Shown here piece by piece: positions 9,423-17,923 of a stretch of 64,000 bases of DNA. The position numbers were made by a program, and so were the translations under genes. The notes below the pieces were generated by a model. That model worked only from the letters and a program-made list of their open reading frames with translations, was not told where the DNA came from and did not search any database. The DNA lies in assembly GCA_934434555.1 (NCBI GenBank), contig CAKRZX010000013.1, positions 608 to 64,607 on the forward strand, given 5' to 3'. The stretch comes from an uncultured Clostridia bacterium. GTDB taxonomy: Bacteria > Bacillota > Clostridia > Christensenellales > QALW01. Position 1 is the first letter of the stretch, and the number at the start of each line of letters is the position of its first letter.

Positions 9423-9441
9423 AGTGACGAACTCTGCGAAA
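9423..9441 (-). repeat. 19-bp repeat copy C (inverted)
   Basis: AGTGACGAACTCTGCGAAA is the exact reverse complement of copies A and B. Confidence 0.9.
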
Positions 9442-9585
9442 AAAGCAGACCGTGCTTTTTGGCAGTCGCCCGAGGGTAAAATGCGGGGGATGGCATTTTG
9501 CCGTCTGCGGGTAGTGAGTACTACCCAAAGAAGCGGGCACAGTTTAACCGAGAATGGGGGAATCGGTACGGAACAGAAAGAAACA

Positions 9586-10173
9586 ATGAAGCGCAATCTT
9601 ATGGAAAGTGCTGTCCGCGTTGTGGCAAGGGAGGGGCTTGAAAAAACAACAACCCGACTTATATCCCTTGAAGCCAAACTCAACGAGGCGTATCTTTACA
9701 GGTGCTTTGAGAATAAGGAACACTTGCTTGCGGAAACTTTTTATAACGAAGATATCCGCTTTGCGCACCATATTCAAAAAACGCTGCCTGTAATGCAGAT
9801 GTCGGGACTTACGTGGGAAGAAAAATGTTTTCTTCTGTGGAATTCCTGCTGGAATTTCATCATAAAACAGCCCGATGACTGCCGATTTTATATTCGCTAC
9901 TATTATTCCGCGAATTTCAGGAAGTATGCGTATGAGCGGCATATAAACTTTTTTAAGCCGCTTATCGAAAAAATTTCGTTTGCATTCAGGCGCGGCGTCA
10001 ATGTGGATATGCTTGTGCACCAGATCTTCGACACAATGCTTTCCTTTGCCGAGCGCGTTTTAAGCGGCGAAGTTGCGGACACGGAAGAAACAACCAAGAC
10101 GATGTTCAAACAGATTTTCGGTTTTGTGTCCATAAATGCCGTGCCGGAACTTATCTCCGGGGAGGCGCAGTGA
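9586..10173 (+). CDS. TetR/AcrR family transcriptional regulator
   Basis: The N-terminal HTH (AVRVVAREGLEKTTTRLISLEAKLNEAYLYRCFENKEHLL) is followed by a helical C-terminal domain. The listed ORF start at 9409 runs through repeat C and is unlikely; ATG 9586 or 9601 is more plausible. Confidence 0.75.
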   Translation: MKRNLMESAVRVVAREGLEKTTTRLISLEAKLNEAYLYRCFENKEHLLAETFYNEDIRFAHHIQKTLPVMQMSGLTWEEKCFLLWNSCWNFIIKQPDDCRFYIRYYYSANFRKYAYERHINFFKPLIEKISFAFRRGVNVDMLVHQIFDTMLSFAERVLSGEVADTEETTKTMFKQIFGFVSINAVPELISGEAQ

Positions 10174-10721
10174 TGCTTAAAAAAGTTTGGAATATCGTAA
10201 GCACGGTACTTGTTATAATCGTGGTAATACTTGCAGTCGCTCTTGTGGGCGTAAGGCTTGTGGGAATAAAAACCTATTCGGTTATGTCCGGTTCAATGGA
10301 GCCCGTATATCATACCGGTTCGCTTTTGTACGTTAAAAGCGTTGACCCGAAAGAACTGAAAACGGGCGATTCAATAACGTTTATGCTTGACGAAGACACC
10401 GTTGTAACCCACAGGATTATCGAAATCATACCCGATGACGAGGACGCGAACGTTATAAGATTTCTGACAAAGGGCGATGCCAACGACGCGCCCGACGGCG
10501 TTCCCGTTCACTGCAAAAACGTAATAGGAAAACCCGTGTTTTCCGTGCCGTATTTAGGCTATTTTGCGCATTTTGTGCAAAATCCGCCGGGGCTGTACCT
10601 TGCAATAGGCGCCGCGGCAATATTAGTGGTTCTTGTCTTTTTGCCCGACTTTTTTAAGGACGAAAAGAAAGAAATAAATCAAGGGCAAAAACAGCCCGAT
10701 AAATTCAAGGAGGATTTATGA
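10170..10721 (+). CDS. sipW: Signal peptidase I, SipW (archaeal/ER S26B) type
   Basis: N-terminal TM helix, then SGSMEP (catalytic Ser), VVTHRI (His), TKGDAN, and a C-terminal TM helix. The start (GTG 10170 or ATG 10173) overlaps the tetR stop, and the stop overlaps the next start. Confidence 0.9.
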   Translation: MMLKKVWNIVSTVLVIIVVILAVALVGVRLVGIKTYSVMSGSMEPVYHTGSLLYVKSVDPKELKTGDSITFMLDEDTVVTHRIIEIIPDDEDANVIRFLTKGDANDAPDGVPVHCKNVIGKPVFSVPYLGYFAHFVQNPPGLYLAIGAAAILVVLVFLPDFFKDEKKEINQGQKQPDKFKEDL

Positions 10722-11314
10722 AAACAAAAACAAAGGCACTTACACTGGCACTGTGCGCGATGTTACTTGTTGCTGCGTCCGTACTTACAACTCTGGCGTT
10801 CTTAACAAGTCACGACGAAGTAAAAAATACTTTTACCGTCGGCAAAGTTGCAATTACGCTTGACGAGGCAGAGGTTGATGAGTACGGAAAAGTGGTTTCC
10901 AACCAAGACCGCGTAAAGAAAAATGAGTACAAACTTATTCCGGGTCACAAATACGTAAAAGACCCCACCGTTCACTTTGCCGCGGGCAGCGAAGCAAGTT
11001 ACCTGTTTGTAGAAGTTAAAAACGGCATTGAAGCAATTGAAACGAACGAATCCGGCAAGACAATCGATGACCAGATAACCGGTAACGGTTGGACAGCGCT
11101 TGATGGTGAATCCGGCGTTTACTGGCAAAAGGTTGACGCAAATACAGGTGCAAAGGCAGAAGATTATAAAGTTTTCGGCACATTCACACTTGCCGATGAT
11201 GCCGCGGTAGAAAACTATAAAGACGCAAACATCACAATTACCGCATACGCAATTCAGGCAGACGGCTTTGACACTCCCGCAGCGGCGTGGGACGAAGCAA
11301 AAACAGCGAAATAA
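10718..11314 (+). CDS. TasA/camelysin-like secreted protein with SipW-type signal peptide (paralogue 1)
   Basis: The N-terminus ..LLVAASVLTTLAFLTSHDEVKNTFTVGKVAITLDE carries the SipW-cognate signal. It also has the PGHKYVKDP motif and the C-terminal AYAIQADGF motif. ATGA overlap with sipW. Confidence 0.85.
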   Translation: MKTKTKALTLALCAMLLVAASVLTTLAFLTSHDEVKNTFTVGKVAITLDEAEVDEYGKVVSNQDRVKKNEYKLIPGHKYVKDPTVHFAAGSEASYLFVEVKNGIEAIETNESGKTIDDQITGNGWTALDGESGVYWQKVDANTGAKAEDYKVFGTFTLADDAAVENYKDANITITAYAIQADGFDTPAAAWDEAKTAK

Positions 11315-11366
11315 GGCGAAAACCTTGTTTATATACCCAAATATATAAAGAAAGGAGGCAAAGCCG

Positions 11367-11924
11367 ATGAAAAAGAAAATATGGATATCGGTTGCGGCAA
11401 TCGCACTTATCCTTTGCTGTGCCATAGGCGGTACTCTTGCTTGGCTTAAAACAAGCACAACCCCAGTTACAAACACCTTTACTGTCGGAGATATCAACAT
11501 AGAACTTAAAGAAACCACCACCGACTACAAAATGGTGCCGGGCAACAAGATTGACAAAGACCCTAAGGTTACGGTTAAAGAGGGCTCCGAGGCGTGCTGG
11601 CTGTTCGTTAAGGTTGGTGAATCCGCAAACTTAACGGATTTTATCGAGTATAAGGTTAATACAGCCGAGGGCGAATGGAAATTGGTTCCGGGCGAAACTC
11701 ACGTTTACTACCGTGAAGTAGATGCCGATACCGCCAAAGTAGGCAAAACCTATTCAATCCTTACGGACAACAAGGTAAAAGTTTTTGATACCGTTACCAA
11801 AGCAGACCTTAACGGATTGAATGAAGCAACCTATCCCACACTTATCTTTACCGCTTATGCCGTGCAGAAAGAGCACTTTGATACAGCAGCCGCTGCATGG
11901 GAACAAGCACAGAATAAAAACTAA
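11367..11924 (+). CDS. TasA/camelysin-like protein with SipW-type signal (paralogue 2)
   Basis: GGTLAWLKTSTTPVTNTFTVGDINIELKE, PGNKIDKDP and AYAVQKEHF are present. RBS AAAGGAGG. Confidence 0.85.
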   Translation: MKKKIWISVAAIALILCCAIGGTLAWLKTSTTPVTNTFTVGDINIELKETTTDYKMVPGNKIDKDPKVTVKEGSEACWLFVKVGESANLTDFIEYKVNTAEGEWKLVPGETHVYYREVDADTAKVGKTYSILTDNKVKVFDTVTKADLNGLNEATYPTLIFTAYAVQKEHFDTAAAAWEQAQNKN

Positions 11925-11951
11925 AATTTATTTGAAAGGACTTTTAAGACA

Positions 11952-12707
11952 ATGACTAAGAAAAAAATAGTTACCATCTGCCTTGCGGCAATCCTTGTTG
12001 TTATGGCAGTAGCAGGCGCGTCGCTTGCATATCTTACCGATACCAAGGACGCAACAAACACCTTTACGGTTGGTAATGTTAAAATCGAACTCCTTGAATC
12101 AAGTTTGCACCGCGAAAATGCGGGCGTTGCCAACGGCACAACAAGCGATTCGGAACTTTGGTCCGATGTAGCAAAAGAGGGCACAGGCAACGAAAACAAG
12201 TATAAAGCCGGCGACACTTTCTATACCGATGCTCAGATTGAAGCAGACGCGGCAGAATACGAGTGCGACAACGTAAAACTTCTTCCCGGGCAGTCCTATC
12301 ACAAAATGCCCTACGTAAAGAACACCGGTTCGGAAGACGCATATATCCGTATCCGTGTAATGTTCCCCGCAAACCTTGATACAGCAATACTCAACAGCAG
12401 TATGTATACCACTACCGCTATAAAGAGCGGCGAGTTCACATTTGCCTACGATGACAGTGCATCGGTTGAAAGAGACGGCGTAAAATACAATGTTTATACA
12501 TTCACCCGTAACGAGGCTCTTAACCCCGGCGAATTGACCTACTGGAATGTATGGGGCACAGTTCATATGGACGCAGATGTTACAAATGAAGAACTTGCTG
12601 ACCTGTTCAAGGACAGCAAAAACTACAAAGTTCTTGTTGAGGCTGACGCTATTCAGGCAGAGGGCTTTGCAGATGTAACCGAGGCATTCAAGGCCTTTGA
12701 TAAATAA
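11952..12707 (+). CDS. TasA/camelysin-like protein with SipW-type signal (paralogue 3)
   Basis: AGASLAYLTDTKDATNTFTVGNVKIELLE, PGQSYHKMP and ADAIQAEGF are present. Confidence 0.85.
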   Translation: MTKKKIVTICLAAILVVMAVAGASLAYLTDTKDATNTFTVGNVKIELLESSLHRENAGVANGTTSDSELWSDVAKEGTGNENKYKAGDTFYTDAQIEADAAEYECDNVKLLPGQSYHKMPYVKNTGSEDAYIRIRVMFPANLDTAILNSSMYTTTAIKSGEFTFAYDDSASVERDGVKYNVYTFTRNEALNPGELTYWNVWGTVHMDADVTNEELADLFKDSKNYKVLVEADAIQAEGFADVTEAFKAFDK

Positions 12708-12726
12708 TATTTTGAGGTGATTTGTT

Positions 12727-13395
12727 ATGACCAAAAAGAAAGTAATAACTCTTGCGCTTGTGGTTATCATCGCCGTTGCGGCAATAACAAGTGCATCACT
12801 TGCGTATTTTACCGACACCAAAACCGCTAAAAACACCTTTACAATGGGTGACGTTAAGATTACACTTGACGAGGCGGCAGTTGACGATAACGGTCACGCC
12901 ATTGACGGCGACCGCGTTAAAGAAAACAATTACGGCATCGACGCCGCTTTCCCCGGCGCAGTGCTTGATAAAGACCCCACTGTTCACAACAACGGCAAGA
13001 ATTCAGCCTATATCCGCGCTACGGTTAATGTAAGCGACTGGATGAATCTTGTAGCCGCATATTATCCTGACTTTAAGGAAACTTTCCCCAATGACGGTTA
13101 CAAGGCCGCCCTCAATCTTCTTGTGGGCGAACTTGGCGATGGCTGGTCGGTTGTTGAAGTAGTTGCGGGCGATGTATTTACCATCGGTCAGTTTGACGCA
13201 AAATTCGTGCTTAAATATGACGGTGTTCTTGCTCCCGGTGAGAGCACAACGCCCATGTTTGAACACATCACTATTCCTACCGGCATTGATAATGCCAATG
13301 CGTCAAGTTTTGACGAGGTAAAGATTGTTGCACAGGCTATCCAGGCAAACAGTTTTGATTCCTGGGAAGCGGCTTTTGCGGCATATGATGCGTAA
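12727..13395 (+). CDS. TasA/camelysin-like protein with SipW-type signal (paralogue 4)
   Basis: TSASLAYFTDTKTAKNTFTMGDVKITLDE, PGAVLDKDP and AQAIQANSF are present. Confidence 0.85.
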   Translation: MTKKKVITLALVVIIAVAAITSASLAYFTDTKTAKNTFTMGDVKITLDEAAVDDNGHAIDGDRVKENNYGIDAAFPGAVLDKDPTVHNNGKNSAYIRATVNVSDWMNLVAAYYPDFKETFPNDGYKAALNLLVGELGDGWSVVEVVAGDVFTIGQFDAKFVLKYDGVLAPGESTTPMFEHITIPTGIDNANASSFDEVKIVAQAIQANSFDSWEAAFAAYDA

Positions 13396-13420
13396 TTGAA
13401 TCCCTATTTCTGATTGACTT

Positions 13421-13486
13421 GCACCCGTTTTATCGGGTGCAGGTCATAGGGAAACACCTGAACTGCACAGGTGTTCCCCTATGACC
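13421..13486 (+). promoter_or_regulatory. Two adjacent hairpins inside the operon (possible attenuator or processing site)
   Basis: The first hairpin is GCACCCG-N6-CGGGTGC. It is immediately followed by a 19-bp stem GGTCATAGGGAAACACCTG / CAGGTGTTCCCCTATGACC with one mismatch. No T-run follows. Confidence 0.5.
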
Positions 13487-13527
13487 CCCCACATACTTAA
13501 TTTATTACTGCGAAAGGAGAGTGGGTT

Positions 13528-14103
13528 ATGAAACTTTGTTGGAAACAGAAAGCGGTTGTTCTCTCGGCGGTTGCGATTATCGGCGTAACGGCGGCGGCAG
13601 GCACCGCGGCGTATTTTACGGCTGAAAGCAAGGCGACAAACGTAATTACGGCGGGCAGCATCAAAATCGAATTACAGGAAAAAATGCTTTTACCCGACGG
13701 CGAAAAAACGGTGCCCTTTGAGGACAGAATAAACGTTATGCCCGGGGAAGAAGTATCAAAGATAGTACAGATAAAAAATACCGGCGGACAGGACGCGTGG
13801 ATTCGCGTTGACGTCAAAAAAACAATAGAACTTGCAAACGGTGAATTCACCGACGGCGACGGTTTGACGTTCACACTGAATTCCGATTTCTGGACCGAAA
13901 AGAACGGTTTTTATTATTATAACAAAAATCTTGCTCCGGGGCAAGAGACAGAACCGCTTTTTTCGTCGGTTTTGTTCGATAAAAATATGGGAAATGACTT
14001 TCAGAACTCAAAAGCGGTAATAACTGTTACGGCTTACGCCGCGCAGACCGCCCACAACGGCACATCGGCGCTTGACGCCCCGCTCTGGCCTCAGGCTGAT
14101 TAA
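13528..14103 (+). CDS. TasA/camelysin-like protein with divergent SipW-type signal (paralogue 5)
   Basis: AAGTAAYFTAESKATNVITAGSIKIELQE, NVMPGEEVSKIVQIKNTG and TAYAAQTAH are present. RBS GAAAGGAG. Confidence 0.8.
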   Translation: MKLCWKQKAVVLSAVAIIGVTAAAGTAAYFTAESKATNVITAGSIKIELQEKMLLPDGEKTVPFEDRINVMPGEEVSKIVQIKNTGGQDAWIRVDVKKTIELANGEFTDGDGLTFTLNSDFWTEKNGFYYYNKNLAPGQETEPLFSSVLFDKNMGNDFQNSKAVITVTAYAAQTAHNGTSALDAPLWPQAD

Positions 14104-14108
14104 GGAGG

Positions 14109-17100
14109 TTGACTATGATTAAATCACATTCCGGCTTTGTTAAAGCCGTTGCACTGCTTCTGTGCGCGGCGGTAATTATTACGTCTTTCTGCCTCGGAAA
14201 CATCGGGCTCGTGGCAGAAGCGGAGGGAGAAACCGTTACAATAACGGTCAATTATGTATACGAATCAAATAATGCAATGGTGGCACAGCCGTATCGTGCG
14301 CAGATTGCAAAGAATACGGAATTCGTTAAAAGTATTGAAGTGCCGAAATTGCTGAATTATTCGATACCGAGTGATTTGGCAGAGGGACTTAGTGAAAACG
14401 TTACGCTTAATCAGGACGCAGATACAAAAAAGTATACGCTGGCATTTAACATCAATTCTGCTGAAAGCGATATTACGGTTACCCTCTACTATGTGGCGGG
14501 AACGGCAAAGTATACGGTGTATCACTATTATCAGAACCTTGAAAATGATAAGTATGATGATGAAGAACCGAAGATTATTGAACTTGTAGGAGATATTGAT
14601 GCATACACAGAGGCTGTTGCAAACAACAAGCCCGGCTACCACTGCAAAGGTATTCCTCAAACAACAGTTGCGGCGGACGGCACAACTACGGTTGAAATCT
14701 ACTATGACCGCGATTATTATACGGTTATATTTGATGTAAACGGCGGTATAAATGGCCCCGAGCCCATATACGCAAGATACGGAACACAGTTTCAGGCAAA
14801 AGATATAATTGAGCCGACGCGTAAGGGATATACATTCCTTGGGTGGACGCCTGTTTTGTCAGATACGGTTACCATTGAAGACAATACAACATATGTCGCA
14901 CAGTGGCAGCCCGAAAAGGGTCAGGCAGACTACAGTATTGTTATTTGGGGACAGAACGCTAACGATGACGAGTACTCATATCTTGGTTCCAGCGATGCTT
15001 GGGGCAATGTGGGCAAAGATATTACTTGGAATGAAAGTACGCTTATAAGCCACGTGCATGCCGATGAGTGCCGGAAACTTACGTGCGACAAAGAGGAGCA
15101 TACACATGATGCAAAGTGTTATACGTGCAGCCATGTACACGGCTTGACTTGCTACGGTTTAAATGCAAACAGTACGAGTACTAACCCAAATGATAATACT
15201 GCATGGTGGAATAGCAGTAAACCCGAAACCTATTTCGAGGCATTGGGAATTGAAGACGGATATCTTTATTATGACGATGAGAATGCGGCAGTTCTTTCAA
15301 AAGATAACTACTATTTTAGATTCAACGGAAAATACTATTCTATTGATGAATCTCTTTTCAATAAATTAAAAGGAGATGAAGTCGGCAAAACCGATGATGG
15401 AACTTCACGATACACTGACTATTACTATAAGTACAGTATAAATCAAGCAGGTATGTCCTGTACCCATACACATACTGATGATTGTTATTCATGCGGCAAA
15501 GCGGAACACACTCACGATTCTTCTTGCTTTAAACTTGTATGCGGGTTAAAAGATACACCTAAACAGTATATGAAAGATATCAAACCGTCCGATAGTTTAT
15601 GGAAGTTTGAAAGAAGCGATACTGTAACGGTTAATGCTGATGGTACATCAGTGTTAAATGTGTACTTCAAAAGAAAAGAGTTCACACTTGAATTCCGTAA
15701 GCAGTATTCTAACAGCAATGACTACGGCACAATTAAAGCGCGATGGGGTAAGAACATAGATTCAGAATACAAAGCGGTTGTTGAAAGAGCCGGAGGAGAT
15801 AATTTTTGGAGTAAAAATAAGGATGCAAGCAATCCATGGACAAACTACATCGGTGTGATGCCACAGGAGAATATCACCTATTATAACTATGTGCCCAATG
15901 GTAGTGGTAAGAGCACAATGACTTATTATGGCCAAGATTTGAACGATAGTTATCAGATAATATTTTCAGTCACGTTCAAAGGAACGAACTTAACAGTTAC
16001 TGATGAAGACCGTTATCAGTTTGAGGGATTCATTTACGACCATGGAACAAATAATGGGGCAAATTGTGACGGAGCAGAATTCTACTACAACCGCAAACTT
16101 TATAAACTGGAATTCTATTCAGTATCAGCCAGCGTGCTTGATAAATCCAAAGATGTGAAGTATCAGGATTCATTGAGTCAATATGATTACATACCGACAA
16201 ATAAGCCTGAAACGGTTGAAAAAGATGCTGTGTTTGCGGGGTGGTATCAGAACCCGCAATGCACAGGCGAAAGATACGACCTTGCAAGCCATATAATGCC
16301 GTCAAACAACATATCGCTTTATGCAAAATGGGTAAACGGATTGTATACGGTAACTACCTATACCGATGAAACTATGAAAGAACTTTATACATATGACGGT
16401 TACAGCGGAATTCAGAGAGATATAGAAAAATATACTCTTGCAAGCGAGCCTACGGCACCCAAAAAGGACGGCTATGTTTTTGTGGGCTGGTTCTATAAAG
16501 ACGGAGATGCGGAAAAACTTTTCTCGTTTACAATGACGATAACAAGAGATTATGACCTGTATCCCAAGTTTTCAGAGCCAACATATCTTAACTATACTGT
16601 TCATTACTATATTAAGAACACAACAACGAAAGTTGCCGAAGACAAAGAAAGTACGGCACTGGTAGGAACAACGGTTACCGAAAAGGCGAAAATGGGTTCA
16701 GAATTAAATCTTGTTTTGCCAGATATGCGGAGCAAGTATTTCCCGGATAAAACAAGCACAAGCGTAAAAATAGACAAAGAGGGTATAGAAATTATTTTCT
16801 ATTACAAAGAGGCAACAAAGGTTAAATACACAGTTTATTATCAGGATGAAAACGGAAACGACTTGCACGAGCCGAAATACGAGGAAACAGACCTTTCGGT
16901 TGTGACGGAGGAGTATATTCACATTGATAATTATTCGCCGATTCAGTATCAAATTGAACTGGCTTTGTCAACCGATGAAGAATCAAACATAATTATATTT
17001 GTTTATAAACCTATGTTTTCCACCCTCACAATCCAAAAATCCGGCAGTGAGGATATAGACGAAAATCAGACGTTTATCTTCCGCGTTAAGGGTAAGGATA

Positions 17101-17351
17101 CGGATGAAAACACGAAGAACATCGACCTGACCGTAACGGTGCACGGAAACTCACAGACAACCGTTTCCGAACTTCCCGTTGGCGAGTATACGGTTGAAGA
17201 AGTTACTTCCTGGTCGTGGCGGTATACACCCGACGAAATCAAAAAGACCGTTGATGTGGTTGCCGGAGGTTCGTCTGTTTTGTTTAAAAATGAACGAACA
17301 GAAGATAAATGGCTTAACGGCGACAATTACAGTGTAAACATCTTCAAGTAA
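14109..17351 (+). CDS. Large secreted multidomain adhesin-like protein (MucBP-like modules, Listeria-Bacteroides repeats, two Cys/His clusters, C-terminal SpaA/CnaB-like Ig domain); no LPXTG
   Basis: It has an ordinary signal peptide (..VAEAEGE). Repeat signatures include YTFLGWTP, FAGWYQNPQCTG and YVFVGWFYKDG. The C-terminus reads TLTIQKSGSEDIDENQTFIFRVKG..LPVGEYTVEEV. There is no sorting signal at the end. Confidence 0.8.
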   Translation: MTMIKSHSGFVKAVALLLCAAVIITSFCLGNIGLVAEAEGETVTITVNYVYESNNAMVAQPYRAQIAKNTEFVKSIEVPKLLNYSIPSDLAEGLSENVTLNQDADTKKYTLAFNINSAESDITVTLYYVAGTAKYTVYHYYQNLENDKYDDEEPKIIELVGDIDAYTEAVANNKPGYHCKGIPQTTVAADGTTTVEIYYDRDYYTVIFDVNGGINGPEPIYARYGTQFQAKDIIEPTRKGYTFLGWTPVLSDTVTIEDNTTYVAQWQPEKGQADYSIVIWGQNANDDEYSYLGSSDAWGNVGKDITWNESTLISHVHADECRKLTCDKEEHTHDAKCYTCSHVHGLTCYGLNANSTSTNPNDNTAWWNSSKPETYFEALGIEDGYLYYDDENAAVLSKDNYYFRFNGKYYSIDESLFNKLKGDEVGKTDDGTSRYTDYYYKYSINQAGMSCTHTHTDDCYSCGKAEHTHDSSCFKLVCGLKDTPKQYMKDIKPSDSLWKFERSDTVTVNADGTSVLNVYFKRKEFTLEFRKQYSNSNDYGTIKARWGKNIDSEYKAVVERAGGDNFWSKNKDASNPWTNYIGVMPQENITYYNYVPNGSGKSTMTYYGQDLNDSYQIIFSVTFKGTNLTVTDEDRYQFEGFIYDHGTNNGANCDGAEFYYNRKLYKLEFYSVSASVLDKSKDVKYQDSLSQYDYIPTNKPETVEKDAVFAGWYQNPQCTGERYDLASHIMPSNNISLYAKWVNGLYTVTTYTDETMKELYTYDGYSGIQRDIEKYTLASEPTAPKKDGYVFVGWFYKDGDAEKLFSFTMTITRDYDLYPKFSEPTYLNYTVHYYIKNTTTKVAEDKESTALVGTTVTEKAKMGSELNLVLPDMRSKYFPDKTSTSVKIDKEGIEIIFYYKEATKVKYTVYYQDENGNDLHEPKYEETDLSVVTEEYIHIDNYSPIQYQIELALSTDEESNIIIFVYKPMFSTLTIQKSGSEDIDENQTFIFRVKGKDTDENTKNIDLTVTVHGNSQTTVSELPVGEYTVEEVTSWSWRYTPDEIKKTVDVVAGGSSVLFKNERTEDKWLNGDNYSVNIFK

Positions 17352-17363
17352 GGAGGCGGCAAA

Positions 17364-17918
17364 ATGAAAAACAGAAAAATTACGGCATTGATTATTTCGC
17401 TGCTTCTTGTGCTTGTGCTGGGCGCGGGCGCGACACTTGCTTATATTCTCACTAAGACGGACGCAAAGCAGAATACTTTTACTCCGGCGGTCGTTTCGTG
17501 CGAGATTACCGAAACGTTTAACGGCAGCACAAAATCGAACGTAAAAATCAAAAACACGGGAAACACGGGAGCGTATATCCGCGCAAAAATCGTTGTTTCC
17601 TGGGCAAAGGATAATGCGGACGACGAACAAACCGTTTCGGCGGTTGTTCCGAAGGAAAAAGTTGATTATGTGATTGCGATTGACGAGGAAAAATGGATTA
17701 AGGGCAGTGACGGGTATTACTATTTTAAGAATCCCGTTGCCATGAACGGAGAAACCGACGCGCTTATTTCTTCCTGTGCGCTTGCCGAAAACGCAAAAGT
17801 GCCCGAGGGATATCACCTTTCAGTTGAAATAATTGCTTCGGCGTTGCAGAGCACACCCGCAGATGCCGTAAGAGACACTTGGGGCGTGACAATCGCAGAC
17901 GAAATTTCAAAGGGGTGA
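17364..17918 (+). CDS. TasA/camelysin-like protein with SipW-type signal (paralogue 6)
   Basis: AGATLAYILTKTDAKQNTFTPAVVSCEITE and KIKNTGNTGAYIRAKIV are present. Confidence 0.8.
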   Translation: MKNRKITALIISLLLVLVLGAGATLAYILTKTDAKQNTFTPAVVSCEITETFNGSTKSNVKIKNTGNTGAYIRAKIVVSWAKDNADDEQTVSAVVPKEKVDYVIAIDEEKWIKGSDGYYYFKNPVAMNGETDALISSCALAENAKVPEGYHLSVEIIASALQSTPADAVRDTWGVTIADEISKG

Positions 17919-17923
17919 AGATA

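Noticed and set aside
9409-9585. The long N-terminal extension of the TetR ORF.
   Set aside because: It reads through the 19-bp repeat copy C and begins right at the end of the integrase terminator T-run. The TetR HTH begins right after the internal Met at 9586/9601.
10802-12836. Long minus-strand ORFs (10802-11521, 12099-12836) across the TasA-like genes.
   Set aside because: They are antisense to genes with conserved signal peptides and RBSs. Their Cys/Phe/Val-rich composition is typical of antisense frames.
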